NCBI GenBank assembly: GCA_964536005.1
Contig: CAZHXE010000001.1
Coordinates: 7,067 to 31,066 of the forward strand
DNA from: an uncultured Candidatus Saccharibacteria bacterium
GTDB taxonomy: Bacteria > Patescibacteriota > Saccharimonadia > Saccharimonadales > JBPEXE01
Reading direction: 5' to 3'
Length of the DNA: 24,000 bases
Below are positions 23,299 to 24,000 of the stretch, one piece after another (within the stretch, counting starts at the first letter, position 1; the number at the start of each line of letters is the position of its first letter). Under the pieces are notes generated by a model, which had not been told where the DNA came from, made no database searches, and worked only from the letters and a program-made list of their open reading frames with translations. Both the position numbers and the translations under genes were made by a program.

Positions 23299-24000
23299 TT
23301 ACAAAATCACTTCTTCCTGTGGAAGTCTGTGAATTAGCTTTTCACCTTCGTTGCGCGAATTGCCGACTTCACTGCTAACTGGGTAGATTTCCAAACCGTC
23401 ATCGTCGTATGGCTTGAGGAGATCAGCAATCGACTCGGGTGTTTCGTTAGATGGCTCTAGCCAGCGTTCTTCATCGTCTGGCTTTAATATGACTGGCATT
23501 CTATCGTGAAGGTCGCTCATTTCTTTATTAGGCGTCGTCGTTAAAATTGAAAACGACTCTATAACTTCCCCTGTTGCTTTATCCGTCCACTGGGAATATA
23601 CCCCAGCCATCGCAAACAGGTCACTATCTTTTGGACGGATGAAATAAGGCTGCTTCTTGCTGCCGTCCTTCTTCCACTCATAGAAACCGTTTGACGGTAC
23701 TAAGCAGCGTGCATGTAACACTGGTCGCTTCCAAGTATTCTTTTCAAATACAGATTCGCTACGAGCATTGATAAGTTTGTAACCAATACTCACATCTTTT
23801 GCCCACACTGGAATAAGGCCCCATCGCATAGGCATCAGATGTCTTTTGTCTTCAGCCTTGATAACTACCGGCAGATTTTGTCCAGGAGCAGCATTGTAAC
23901 GTTCTCGTAAGTGCTCAAGTAACTCATCGAGCTCTTGGTCACTAACTTTAAAACGCCGAGCAAGCTCACCAGTTTGGAATATTGTGTATCGTCCGCACAT
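23299..24000 (-). CDS. SOS-response-associated peptidase (SRAP/YedK/HMCES family)
   Basis: The N-terminus MCGRY (catalytic Cys2) sits exactly at the window edge. NAAPGQ, MRWGLIPVWAK, INARSE, RCLVPSNGFYEW and AMAGVY are SRAP-family landmarks as I recall them. Confidence 0.9.
   Translation of the reverse strand: MCGRYTIFQTGELARRFKVSDQELDELLEHLRERYNAAPGQNLPVVIKAEDKRHLMPMRWGLIPVWAKDVSIGYKLINARSESVFEKNTWKRPVLHARCLVPSNGFYEWKKDGSKKQPYFIRPKDSDLFAMAGVYSQWTDKATGEVIESFSILTTTPNKEMSDLHDRMPVILKPDDEERWLEPSNETPESIADLLKPYDDDGLEIYPVSSEVGNSRNEGEKLIHRLPQEEVIL

Noticed and set aside
1-24000. Search for tRNA, rRNA, tmRNA, CRISPR arrays, IS elements, integrases and relaxases
   Set aside because: I scanned the intergenic regions by eye: 594-765, 2380-2574, 6835-7184, 8526-8703, 11960-12023, 13260-13696, 15221-15712, 16947-17239 and 22976-23298. 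I saw no cloverleaf-compatible sequence, no short regularly spaced repeats and no recombinase-like ORF. Visual scanning can miss degenerate elements.

Overview
This is a densely coding 24-kb bacterial chromosomal window. I found no rRNA, tRNA, CRISPR array, integrase or transposase.

The left ~12 kb is visibly more G+C-rich. It holds a partial DUF2130 gene and three large secreted or surface proteins: a 537-aa unknown, a ~1,420-aa protein with three DUF4082-like modules plus Ig-like domains, and a 446-aa parallel beta-helix protein. These are followed by a MarR / fasciclin / DipZ-like / glutaredoxin-like envelope-redox cluster.

The right ~11 kb is visibly AT-richer and starts with a compact defence-like island:
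- a HEPN-motif protein plus a small ORF
- a SEFIR/TIR-domain protein bracketed by two ~130-bp structured direct repeats
- a single-HKD PLD-family nuclease translationally coupled to a 67-aa acidic protein
- an XRE regulator plus a 2-TM protein

The island abuts a minimal Gram-positive/CPR-style type IV secretion operon. That operon encodes a VirB2-like pilin, a pilin-module::VirB6-like fusion, a PrgI/VirB3-like protein, a VirB4 split into two coupled ORFs, and an M23 peptidase. After it come a very AT-rich membrane protein and an SRAP (YedK-like) gene.

Gene content and style fit a Patescibacteria/Saccharibacteria-like genome, but I cannot prove that without a database search.

The best candidates for something undescribed are the repeat-bracketed SEFIR cassette with its HEPN-like and HKD-nuclease neighbours, and the unusual T4SS architecture. 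All domain calls come from motifs read by eye and recalled family signatures. No searches were run.
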